Shown here: positions 18,905 through 26,775 of the stretch, piece after piece | How the letters are laid out: each line of letters starts with the position of its first letter | How positions within the stretch are numbered: the stretch's first letter is position 1 | NCBI GenBank assembly: GCA_041671125.1 | Contig: JBAZCA010000004.1 | Span: 87,029-151,028 of the forward strand | Direction: 5' to 3' | Origin: Patescibacteria group bacterium | Lineage (GTDB): Bacteria > Patescibacteriota > Patescibacteriia > Patescibacteriales > JBAZCA01 | DNA: 64,000 bases | The notes under the pieces: model-generated | The model's input: the letters and a program-made list of their open reading frames with translations, nothing else | Told to the model about the DNA's origin: nothing | The model's database searches: none | Translations under genes and position numbers: made by a program

Positions 18905-18958
18905 TAAAGCCGGACGCGGATAATTGACGGCGAAATGATTTTTAGGCAAACTGAATAA

Positions 18959-19954
18959 ATGAAAAATAACAAACTCAACATACTCGTCTCCGGCTCGCTA
19001 GCCATTGATCGGATTATGGACTTTCCGGGGTATTTTCGGGATCATATCCTGCCGGATAAAATCCATAATTTAAACGTCTCATTTAATATCAGCGAACTGC
19101 GGGAAAATTTCGGCGGCACGGCCGGCAATATCGCTTATAACCTGGCTTTACTCGGTGAAAAGCCGGTGGTTTTAGCGACGGCCGGAGCTGACTTCGCGCC
19201 GTATAGGGCATGGTTAAAAAAACAAGGGGTGGACATTTCACATGTTAAGGAAATTAGTAACAAACTCATGGCTTCGGCCTACATAATAACCGACAAGGAT
19301 GATAATCAGATCACCGGTTTTAACATGGGCGCCATGAATGCTCCGCTCGGAAAATTTAACGAAAAACTGTTAAAAAATTCTTTGGCCATAGTTTCGCCGG
19401 GCAATACCCGTGACATGGAAAAATACGCCCGGCTTTACCAGAAAAAAAAGGTGAAGTATATTTTTGATCCCGGCCAGGCCATGACCGCCTTAAGCGATGA
19501 CGTCCTGCGAATGGCCAGCGCCGGGGCGGAGATCGTCATCGGCAATGATTACGAAATTGAATTATTGAAAAAGCGGACCGGGTGGACAACCGATAAATTA
19601 GCTGATAAACTGAAAAAGTTAATTATCACCAAAGGCGCGCGGGGTTCGGAGCTATATACTCCTATTACAAATTCACAAATTATTTCACAAATACACAAAT
19701 ACGGTGGAAAAAGTAAAATTATTATAAGGGCGGTGAAAGCCAAAGTTCTAAAAGACCCGACCGGCGCCGGGGACGCTTACCGGGCCGGGCTGATCAAGGG
19801 TTTGGCCTTGGGTTGGGAACTGGAAAAATGCGCTCAGCTCGCCAGTACAGTAGCATCATACGCGGTGGAAAAATACGGGACGCAGAAGCACTATTTTAGC
19901 TGGAAGGACTTAGAGGGAAGATATGGGATAACTTATAAAGAAAGTTTAATGTAA
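18959..19954 (+). CDS. PfkB-family carbohydrate/nucleoside kinase (adenosine kinase-like by context)
   Basis: C-terminal DPTGAGDAYRAG motif and N-terminal GG dipeptide region (NFGGTAGNIAYN). Located next to ahcY/metK. Confidence 0.8.
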   Translation: MKNNKLNILVSGSLAIDRIMDFPGYFRDHILPDKIHNLNVSFNISELRENFGGTAGNIAYNLALLGEKPVVLATAGADFAPYRAWLKKQGVDISHVKEISNKLMASAYIITDKDDNQITGFNMGAMNAPLGKFNEKLLKNSLAIVSPGNTRDMEKYARLYQKKKVKYIFDPGQAMTALSDDVLRMASAGAEIVIGNDYEIELLKKRTGWTTDKLADKLKKLIITKGARGSELYTPITNSQIISQIHKYGGKSKIIIRAVKAKVLKDPTGAGDAYRAGLIKGLALGWELEKCAQLASTVASYAVEKYGTQKHYFSWKDLEGRYGITYKESLM

Positions 19955-19973
19955 AAATTAAAAATCAAAATGT

Positions 19974-20077
19974 AAAATTAATTCGTCATTCTGAGGCCGA
20001 AGGCCGAAGAATCTCGTGATAATAGCTCTGTTCACGGGATCCTTCGCTACGCTCAGGATGACGAGAAAAAATTTGTC
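19974..20077. repeat. Palindromic element family R1, intergenic copy (104 bp, identical to 22833..22936)
   Basis: Core gtcattctgaggccgaaggccgaagaatctcgtgataatagctctgttcacgggatccttcgctacgctcaggatgac, plus shared flanks. Confidence 0.9.
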
Positions 20078-20106
20078 ATTTTGATTTTTGATTTTTACAT
20101 TTTAAA

Positions 20107-21417
20107 TTGACTATGGAATACGACATCAAAGATATAAAACTGGCCGCTGGCGGGAAGAAGAGGATTGAGTGGGCGGAAAAAGACATGCCGGTTTTAGCAG
20201 CGATTAAAAAAAGATGGGCCAAGGAGCAACCTTTTAGAGGCGTCCGCATGTCAGCCTGCCTCCATGTTACCGCCGAGACCGCCAACCTGGTACGGACCCT
20301 AAAGGAGGGAGGAGCGGAAATATTACTTTGCGCGTCCAACCCGTTATCCACCCAGGATGACGTGGCCGCTTCGCTCGTTAAAGACTATGGCGTTCCGGTT
20401 TTTGCTATTTGCGGGGAGGATAAGAAATCATATTATTCGCATCTGGTCGCGGCCCTGGATTTTTCCCCGAATGTTACCATGGACGACGGCGCTGATTTAC
20501 TGCACCTTATACACACTGACTATAAAAAGCTGGCCGGAAAAATTTATGGCAGTATGGAAGAAACTACGACCGGAGTAATCCGCTTAAAAGCTTTGGAAAA
20601 AGAAAAAAAACTTTTAGTTCCGATCATGGCGGTGAACGACGCAAAAACTAAGAACATGTTTGATAATCGCTACGGCACCGGACAATCCACCCTGGACGGA
20701 ATTATCCGGGCGGCTGATATCCTTATCGCCGGCAAGACCGTTGTCGTCGCCGGTTACGGCTGGTGCGGTCGGGGGTTTGCCTCGCGCTCCCGGGGCATGG
20801 GCGCCAAAGTGGTTGTTACCGAGGTGGATAAAATTAAAGCTTTAGAAGCGGCTATGGACGGCTTTTCGGTTATGCCCATGCGCGAAGCCGCGAAGATTGG
20901 CGACCTGTTCTGCACCTTAACCGGCGACATTAATGTTTTAAGGGGCGAGCATTTTAGGCTGATGAAGGACGGAGCTATGATCTGCAATTCCGGGCATTTT
21001 GACGTGGAAATCAATATTCCGGAACTGAAAAAAATGGCGAAAAAAATAAATAAGAACGTAAGGAATTTTGTTGATGAATATGTGATAGAAGTCAACAAGT
21101 CAACAAGTCAACAAGTCAACAAGTCAGAGAGCCGGAAGGTTAAAAGTATTTATTTGCTTGGCGAGGGGAGGCTAATTAATCTGGCGGCGGCTGAAGGGCA
21201 CCCGGCTTCGGTAATGGATATGAGTTTCGCGACTCAGGCTCTCGCTTCGGAATATGTCATAAAAAATAAGGGAAAACTGGAAAATAAAGTCCATAATGTG
21301 CCGGTTGAAATAGAAGACTGGATTGCGGATCTTAAGCTGAAGTCCATGGGGATTAGCGTGGATAAGCTGACGACTGAACAGGAAAAATATCTTAAGAGTT
21401 GGGAGATAGGAACGTAG
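20107..21417 (+). CDS. ahcY: Adenosylhomocysteinase
   Basis: Motifs DDGADL, ETTTGV, NAD-binding [12 protein letters not shown], and [23 protein letters not shown]. Confidence 0.92.
   Translation: MTMEYDIKDIKLAAGGKKRIEWAEKDMPVLAAIKKRWAKEQPFRGVRMSACLHVTAETANLVRTLKEGGAEILLCASNPLSTQDDVAASLVKDYGVPVFAICGEDKKSYYSHLVAALDFSPNVTMDDGADLLHLIHTDYKKLAGKIYGSMEETTTGVIRLKALEKEKKLLVPIMAVNDAKTKNMFDNRYGTGQSTLDGIIRAADILIAGKTVVVAGYGWCGRGFASRSRGMGAKVVVTEVDKIKALEAAMDGFSVMPMREAAKIGDLFCTLTGDINVLRGEHFRLMKDGAMICNSGHFDVEINIPELKKMAKKINKNVRNFVDEYVIEVNKSTSQQVNKSESRKVKSIYLLGEGRLINLAAAEGHPASVMDMSFATQALASEYVIKNKGKLENKVHNVPVEIEDWIADLKLKSMGISVDKLTTEQEKYLKSWEIGT
21091..21126 (+). repeat. Tandem octanucleotide repeat (GTCAACAA) x4.5 inside ahcY
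   Basis: gtcaacaa repeated four times plus gtca. Encodes [12 protein letters not shown] within an insertion relative to the usual YxLxDGRxIYLL region. Confidence 0.9.
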
Positions 21418-21421
21418 ATAG

Positions 21422-21523
21422 AATTTTTAATTTTTAATTTTTGAATTTTTAAAGTCCAAATTTTTCAACAAAAAAATCAAGGCATAGTTACTTAAAAATT
21501 ACAAAATTAAAAATTAAAAATTT
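21422..21523. repeat. Long AT-rich inverted repeat (about 30-bp arms) between ahcY and metK
   Basis: aatttttaatttttaatttttgaatttttaa pairs with ttaaaaattacaaaattaaaaattaaaaattt. Confidence 0.7.
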
Positions 21524-21616
21524 AATTTAAGGAAGACTAGTGGATGAGGATAGTGGGTTTTAATAGTTTTTGCTATTTACTTACTGTCCTTATCTCCTGG
21601 CTTCCTAAAAAATCGT

Positions 21617-22780
21617 ATGGAAGAGAACATCAGGCTCATTACTTCCGAGTCCGTTACCGAGGGCCATCCGGATAAAGTCTGCGACCAGATTTCGGACGGC
21701 ATTTACGACGAGATGTTAAAACAGGATCCGGACAGCCATGCCGGAATTGAGTGTTTTTGCACCACCGGTTTGGTGCTCGTCGGAGGGGAAGCTAGGACAA
21801 AAGCTTACGTGAACATTGAACAGGTAGTCCGGAACGTTTTGCGCGACATCGGTTATGATAAACAGGAGTTTGGATTCTGCTGTGATGACGTTGGCGTAAT
21901 TGTAACTTTGCACGAGCAGAGCCCGGATATCGCCCAAGGGGTAGACGAAGGGTCGGGCGAGCATGAAGAGCAGGGCGCCGGCGACCAGGGGTTGATGTAC
22001 GGCTTTGCCTGCAATGAAACCCCGGAATTAATGCCTTTGCCGATAATTTTAGCCCACAAGCTTACAGCCAAATTGGCCGAGGTAAGGAAAAACGGAATTC
22101 TGTCTTACTTAAGGCCGGACGGAAAAAGCCAGGTAACTGTGGAATACCATGATGGCAAGGCTACCAGGGTGGAGACCGTTGTCATTGCCGCCCATCATAG
22201 TGAACAGGTAGATACTCCGACTTTACGCGCTGATATCAGGGAAAAAGTTATCCGCCCGATTTTGGGCGATTTGATGGATGAAAAAACTAAAGTATTCATC
22301 AATTCAACCGGACGCTTCGTAATCGGCGGACCGCCGGCCGACGCCGGACTCACCGGACGGAAAATAATCGTTGACACTTACGGCGGAGTCGGGGCGCACG
22401 GCGGCGGAGCATTTTCCGGAAAATGCGCGACTAAGGTTGACCGGAGCGGCGCTTACATGGCGCGCTATGTCGCGAAGAACGTCGTGGCGGCCGGCCTCGC
22501 TGATAAATGCCAGTTGCAGGTAGCTTACGCGATCGGCGTGGCCGAACCGGTCGGAATTTACGTCAACACTTTCGGCACCAACAAAATATCGGAAAATAAA
22601 ATTATAGAACTCGTGAAAAAACATTTTGATTTCCGGCCTAAGCAGATTATAGAAAAATTAAACCTAAAAAGGCCGATCTACCGGAAAACCGCCGCTTACG
22701 GGCATTTCGGAAGAAATGACAAAGACTTTACCTGGGAAGCCGTTGACATGGCTGAGGTTTTAAAGAAGGATAGCTGTTAA
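21617..22780 (+). CDS. metK: S-adenosylmethionine synthase
   Basis: Motifs [42 protein letters not shown]. Confidence 0.95.
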   Translation: MEENIRLITSESVTEGHPDKVCDQISDGIYDEMLKQDPDSHAGIECFCTTGLVLVGGEARTKAYVNIEQVVRNVLRDIGYDKQEFGFCCDDVGVIVTLHEQSPDIAQGVDEGSGEHEEQGAGDQGLMYGFACNETPELMPLPIILAHKLTAKLAEVRKNGILSYLRPDGKSQVTVEYHDGKATRVETVVIAAHHSEQVDTPTLRADIREKVIRPILGDLMDEKTKVFINSTGRFVIGGPPADAGLTGRKIIVDTYGGVGAHGGGAFSGKCATKVDRSGAYMARYVAKNVVAAGLADKCQLQVAYAIGVAEPVGIYVNTFGTNKISENKIIELVKKHFDFRPKQIIEKLNLKRPIYRKTAAYGHFGRNDKDFTWEAVDMAEVLKKDSC

Positions 22781-22832
22781 GATAGTTTAAACATTAAAAA
22801 CATCTAAACAGAAATTAAAAATTTAAAATGCA

Positions 22833-22936
22833 AAAATTAATTCGTCATTCTGAGGCCGAAGGCCGAAGAATCTCGTGATAATAGCTCTGTTCACGGGATC
22901 CTTCGCTACGCTCAGGATGACGAGAAAAAATTTGTC
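22833..22936. repeat. Palindromic element family R1, intergenic copy (104 bp, identical to 19974..20077)
   Basis: Base-for-base identical to the copy upstream of ahcY. Confidence 0.9.
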
Positions 22937-22963
22937 TTTTGATTTTTTATTTTTGCATTCGTT

Positions 22964-23881
22964 ATGGAGTCAGAAACAAAAGATGACCGATATAAATTAT
23001 TTGGCGCTTTGGCTGTTATATTTGCGGCCCTTCTTTGGAGTCTGGATGGAGTTTTTATCCGGCCGAAATTATACGCCCTGCCAGCCGGATTGGTAGTTTT
23101 TCTTGAACATTTTTTAGGACTAATCGTGTTAAGCCCTTTTATATTTTTTGGTTGGGCGCGGATCAGGGCGCTTAAACTGAAAGATTGGGGAGCCGTGGCC
23201 TGGGTTTCGGTTTTCGGCGGACTGATCGGGACGCTTTTTATTACTAAAGCATTTTTCGCGGCTGTCTCCGGGGAAGTTACTTTCGCGACAGTCGTGATAC
23301 TGCAGAAGCTTCAGCCGGTTTTCGCCCTGATACTCGCGCGGATCGCGCTTGGCGAAAAACTGAAAAAAAGTTTTTATTTTTGGGCCGTTATGGCGATTGT
23401 CGCCGCTTATTTTCTTACGTTTGGAAAAATCATCAGCCTCGGAGAACTGATGCTCGCGCATAAGGCGGCGCTTTTCGCCGTAATCGCCGCTTTTGCTTTC
23501 GGCTCTTCAACGGTTTACGGAAAAAAGATTGTTAATCAGCTTGATTTTAAGTCAACCGCGGCTCTGCGTTTTGGTTTAACGACTATTCTGGCCGGAGTGT
23601 ATGTTTTTATTACCGGAGACATGTTTAAAATGGGCCAGCTTGAGTTTTCGCAATGGAAACTATTGGGGATAATTGTCTTTACCAGCGGGGCGGCGGCTAT
23701 GTTTATTTATTACTATGGCTTAAAAAAAATAAGCGCTTCGGCCGCCACTATTTTTGAGCTGGCCTGGCCGTTATCAGCCGTGATCCTGGATTTTATTTTA
23801 AACCGCAATATTCTCAGCCCCGTCCAGATCGGGGCCAGCCTAATACTTCTTCTTTGTTTTTTCAAAATCGTGAGAAAATAA
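22964..23881 (+). CDS. EamA/DMT-superfamily transporter (10 TM)
   Basis: Two-fold repeated 5-TM architecture, hydrophobic throughout. Typical EamA length (305 aa). Confidence 0.8.
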   Translation: MESETKDDRYKLFGALAVIFAALLWSLDGVFIRPKLYALPAGLVVFLEHFLGLIVLSPFIFFGWARIRALKLKDWGAVAWVSVFGGLIGTLFITKAFFAAVSGEVTFATVVILQKLQPVFALILARIALGEKLKKSFYFWAVMAIVAAYFLTFGKIISLGELMLAHKAALFAVIAAFAFGSSTVYGKKIVNQLDFKSTAALRFGLTTILAGVYVFITGDMFKMGQLEFSQWKLLGIIVFTSGAAAMFIYYYGLKKISASAATIFELAWPLSAVILDFILNRNILSPVQIGASLILLLCFFKIVRK

Positions 23882-23890
23882 GGTTGCCGG

Positions 23891-23976
23891 GATGACCTGC
23901 CTGCCGGCAGGCAGGTTTGCTCACCCGCAAAGAGATCCCTCGCCTTTCGGCTCGGGATGATTTGCTCACCCGCAAA
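23891..23976. repeat. GC-rich repeat cluster: 20-bp perfect palindrome plus 16-bp direct repeat
   Basis: cctgcctgccggcaggcagg (23896-23915) is a perfect palindrome. tttgctcacccgcaaa occurs at 23916-23931 and 23961-23976. Confidence 0.75.
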
Positions 23977-24001
23977 TCAGTTTTTTGTTTTTGGAAAAAT
24001 G

Positions 24002-24010
24002 TGTTATAAT
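24002..24010 (+). promoter_or_regulatory. Extended -10 box TGTTATAAT immediately upstream of ATG 24018
   Basis: TGnTATAAT ends 7 nt before the ATG, which suggests a leaderless or near-leaderless transcript. Confidence 0.35.
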
Positions 24011-24017
24011 AAGGGAG

Positions 24018-25610
24018 ATGTTTGACTATATCCAAAAATTCAAGAAACTCCCCGGAGACGTTTACGCTAAACTTTCGGGATCCGAAGCCGCGTCAATAAT
24101 TGATTCGCTGGAAAAAGAATATGGAGCAAGTCTCGTTAAACTGGTTATGCTCGTTTCCGTTAAGGAGATTTCTATTGAAAAGCTGGAAAATTACATTTTC
24201 GCAGAATTTGGTTTGAGCCCGGAAAAATCAAAAAAATTATCGGATAACCTTAAGGAGAAACTTTTTTCTTTGGTAAAAAGTTATTTTTATCCGGAAGCGG
24301 AATCCGCTGTCCGGCAAAATCCGGCAGTTAAAAAAGAAGAAATAAAAAAAGAATTGAGTCCGGCAAAGACCGGCGCGCAAAGTAATCCGGCCGGAGTGGT
24401 AGTGGAAGTAAGGGAAAAAAAGCTTGAGTCGGCGGCTCGGCCGGTTCAGTTAGCGGTTATGGCAAAAACGCAAACTTTGCCCGCGGCTTACGCTAAATCG
24501 GTAGCAGTTGCCGTTTCCGGCGCCCGGAGCAATAAAGTTGCGCCTTTCTTTTTTTCCGCCGAAGACGAAGAAGAGATTTCTAGCCTCTCAAGCAAAGTTT
24601 TAAGCTATCTCGGAGATAACCGGATTCAGTCGGAAATGGAAATGACGATTGACCGTGTAGTAAGCGAGTTTGGAAATAACTTCGCGAGCGCTGAAGCCGT
24701 AAGTCGGTTAAGGCAGATTCTCAAAATCTACATTCAGGGCATCCGCAACAAACTGGAAACAAAATCCACCCTAATGAAAGATTACCGTTCCGGAGGGATG
24801 GGGGTTGATGAAAAATTCGCTCTAGTCGTTCTTTCAGCCGTTGAAAGAGGCGGTGTCGTGCAGGGAGGTGCGCCGGGCAAGGAGGCGGATCGGGAGTTGG
24901 CTCTTCGCCCGGTTTGGAAACCGATTGTCGCCCCGGCGGCGAGAGATATGGATTATGACTTGAAAAATGAGATTGAAAAGAGGAAAAAAGAAATTTCAAA
25001 AATTGTTGATAAAAATGAACCGCCCGGCGAGGTAATAACCAGGGAAAAGGAGAACAAAATAAAAGAAGAGTTGTCCAGGGCGCTAAAGGCCGCGGTCGGG
25101 AAGCCCCGCCTTGCTCCGCTCACCGGGATTACTGGGGACAAGAAAGTTACGGAAGATAAGCCCCGTTTTGCCGAAGCTTCGCGGGATAAGTTGGCGGGAG
25201 AAAAAAATGAAGTTGCATTCGCTCCGGCGCGCTCCGGTGGCAATGGCCGAAAAAAGATGGAAGACGTAAAATTCACTCCAAAGATTCTAACGCCGGTTGA
25301 GGAGCTTAAGTATCTTGACTTAAGCAACTTCCGGAGGCTGTATAAAAATTCACCGGCTGAGGCGGCGGGAAAAATAATGGAAAAAATAGCTTTACTGGAA
25401 GAGGAAGAGTATGCCAAAAAGACGGCGGGAATAAAAGCTTGGCGCCAAAGTCCGCTTACCCGGCTTTACCTCGCGATAGGAAGCGAAGCGATTACCGAGA
25501 GGAAGCCGGTGGTTGATATCATCGCCAAAAGAAAGGCGGACAATAAAGATTTTTTAAGCGAAGAGGAAATTCATGCTATCATGGATTTAAACCGGGAGCT
25601 AAGATTTTAG
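24018..25610 (+). CDS. Hypothetical protein (K/E-rich), first gene of the PrgI/VirB4 block
   Basis: ORF track start 23985 (TTG) lies upstream of the -10 box, so in-frame ATG 24018 (MFDYIQKF) is preferred. No recognised domain. Confidence 0.5.
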   Translation: MFDYIQKFKKLPGDVYAKLSGSEAASIIDSLEKEYGASLVKLVMLVSVKEISIEKLENYIFAEFGLSPEKSKKLSDNLKEKLFSLVKSYFYPEAESAVRQNPAVKKEEIKKELSPAKTGAQSNPAGVVVEVREKKLESAARPVQLAVMAKTQTLPAAYAKSVAVAVSGARSNKVAPFFFSAEDEEEISSLSSKVLSYLGDNRIQSEMEMTIDRVVSEFGNNFASAEAVSRLRQILKIYIQGIRNKLETKSTLMKDYRSGGMGVDEKFALVVLSAVERGGVVQGGAPGKEADRELALRPVWKPIVAPAARDMDYDLKNEIEKRKKEISKIVDKNEPPGEVITREKENKIKEELSRALKAAVGKPRLAPLTGITGDKKVTEDKPRFAEASRDKLAGEKNEVAFAPARSGGNGRKKMEDVKFTPKILTPVEELKYLDLSNFRRLYKNSPAEAAGKIMEKIALLEEEEYAKKTAGIKAWRQSPLTRLYLAIGSEAITERKPVVDIIAKRKADNKDFLSEEEIHAIMDLNRELRF

Positions 25611-25614
25611 TGAT

Positions 25615-26079
25615 ATGCAACAGTTTACCATTCCTCAATTCATAGACGTGGAAGATAAAATTATCGGGCCCATAACGACGAGACAGTTCATAATTATACT
25701 CTCCGCCTCGGTTTTAATTGCCATCTGCTATAAAATTTTTGATTTTGAGCTTTTTGTTGTTGCCGGACTTTTAATTTTCGCGATGGCGGGAACTTTCGCT
25801 TTTCTAAAAATTAACGGTCGGCCTTTCCATTATTTTATCCTGAATTTTATTGAAACTTTAAAGCGGCCGGGTACCCGGGTCTGGAGAAATGTAAGCGATC
25901 AATCGTCCGAGACCGACGATGACGTCGCGATTAAGGCTATTCCGGCAAGCCGGCCGACGACGGAAAGCGGGCGGAGTATTTCCCGTTCCCGTCTGGCGCA
26001 GTTGTCTTTAATTGTTGATACCCACGGAGTTTATCGGAATGAAAACGAGGATTCAAATTCAATAAATGGAATTAACTAA
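25615..26079 (+). CDS. PrgI-family (VirB3-like) small membrane protein
   Basis: N-terminus IPQFIDVEDKIIGPITTRQFIIIL followed by two TM helices, as in PrgI/ConD-type proteins. Immediately upstream of the VirB4-like ATPase. Confidence 0.6.
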   Translation: MQQFTIPQFIDVEDKIIGPITTRQFIIILSASVLIAICYKIFDFELFVVAGLLIFAMAGTFAFLKINGRPFHYFILNFIETLKRPGTRVWRNVSDQSSETDDDVAIKAIPASRPTTESGRSISRSRLAQLSLIVDTHGVYRNENEDSNSINGIN

Positions 26080-26088
26080 AAGTGTTTT

Positions 26089-26769
26089 GTGCCAGAAAAT
26101 AAACTAGCTAAAAATAAGATAACCGTATCCACTCAAAGCTATCTTGATATAGCTGAAATTCGGGATGATACCGTGGTGATGAAGGATGGGACTCTTCGGG
26201 CCGTTATCATGGTCTCCAGCCTTAACTTTGCTTTAAAAAGCGACGACGAGCAGAATGCTATTATTTCTTCCTATGTAAGTTTTTTAAATAATATTGAGTT
26301 TCCCTTGCAGATAGTCATTCAGTCGCGGGAGTTGAATATTGAGAATTATCTTGTTGATCTTGAAAAAAAAGAAAAAGAGCAGACTAACGAACTTCTAAAA
26401 ATTCAGACCACCGAATATATCCAGTATGTTAAAGAACTTATATCTATCGGTAAAATCATGTCAAAGCGTTTTTATGTCGTCGTCCCCTATAATCCTCTCT
26501 CGGACAAGCAGAAAAAGTTCATTGCGCGGATTACGGATATTTTTAAGGCCGCCACGCTGATTAAGATGAAGGATGACGTGTTTATGAGGAGAAAGAGCCA
26601 GCTTAATTACCGGGTGGATAATATCGTTTCCGGCCTTATGTCCACCGGGCTTAATGCCGTCCCGCTTGACACCCAGGGACTGATAGAATTGTTTTATAAT
26701 ACTTATAATCCGGAAACTTCGGCCAATGAGAAGCTGGCCGACACGCGAGAGCTCCGGGTGGCGGAATGA
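26089..26769 (+). CDS. VirB4/TraE-type N-terminal domain encoded as a separate ORF
   Basis: STQSYLDIAEIRDDTVVMKDGTLRAVIMVSSLNFALKSDDEQNAIISSYVSFLNNIEFPLQIVIQS resembles the N-terminal region of Gram-positive VirB4-family ATPases. The stop lies 6 nt before the next ATG. Confidence 0.45.
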   Translation: MPENKLAKNKITVSTQSYLDIAEIRDDTVVMKDGTLRAVIMVSSLNFALKSDDEQNAIISSYVSFLNNIEFPLQIVIQSRELNIENYLVDLEKKEKEQTNELLKIQTTEYIQYVKELISIGKIMSKRFYVVVPYNPLSDKQKKFIARITDIFKAATLIKMKDDVFMRRKSQLNYRVDNIVSGLMSTGLNAVPLDTQGLIELFYNTYNPETSANEKLADTRELRVAE

Positions 26770-26775
26770 TAGATT

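Noticed and set aside
19974-20077. SAH/SAM riboswitch interpretation of the conserved 104-bp element upstream of ahcY and downstream of metK
   Set aside because: Diverged copies of the same palindromic family lie in-frame inside ksgA. The element is a near-perfect long palindrome, unlike any SAM/SAH riboswitch architecture I know. Repeat/terminator-like behaviour explains it better.
21524-21616. Possible riboswitch or leader in the 5' region of metK (nested stems aggaag/cttcct and gaggatag/ctgtcctt)
   Set aside because: Stems can be drawn, but I cannot match them to the conserved cores of the SAM-I to SAM-VI or SAM/SAH classes from memory. A covariance-model scan (Rfam) would be needed, so this is left unannotated.
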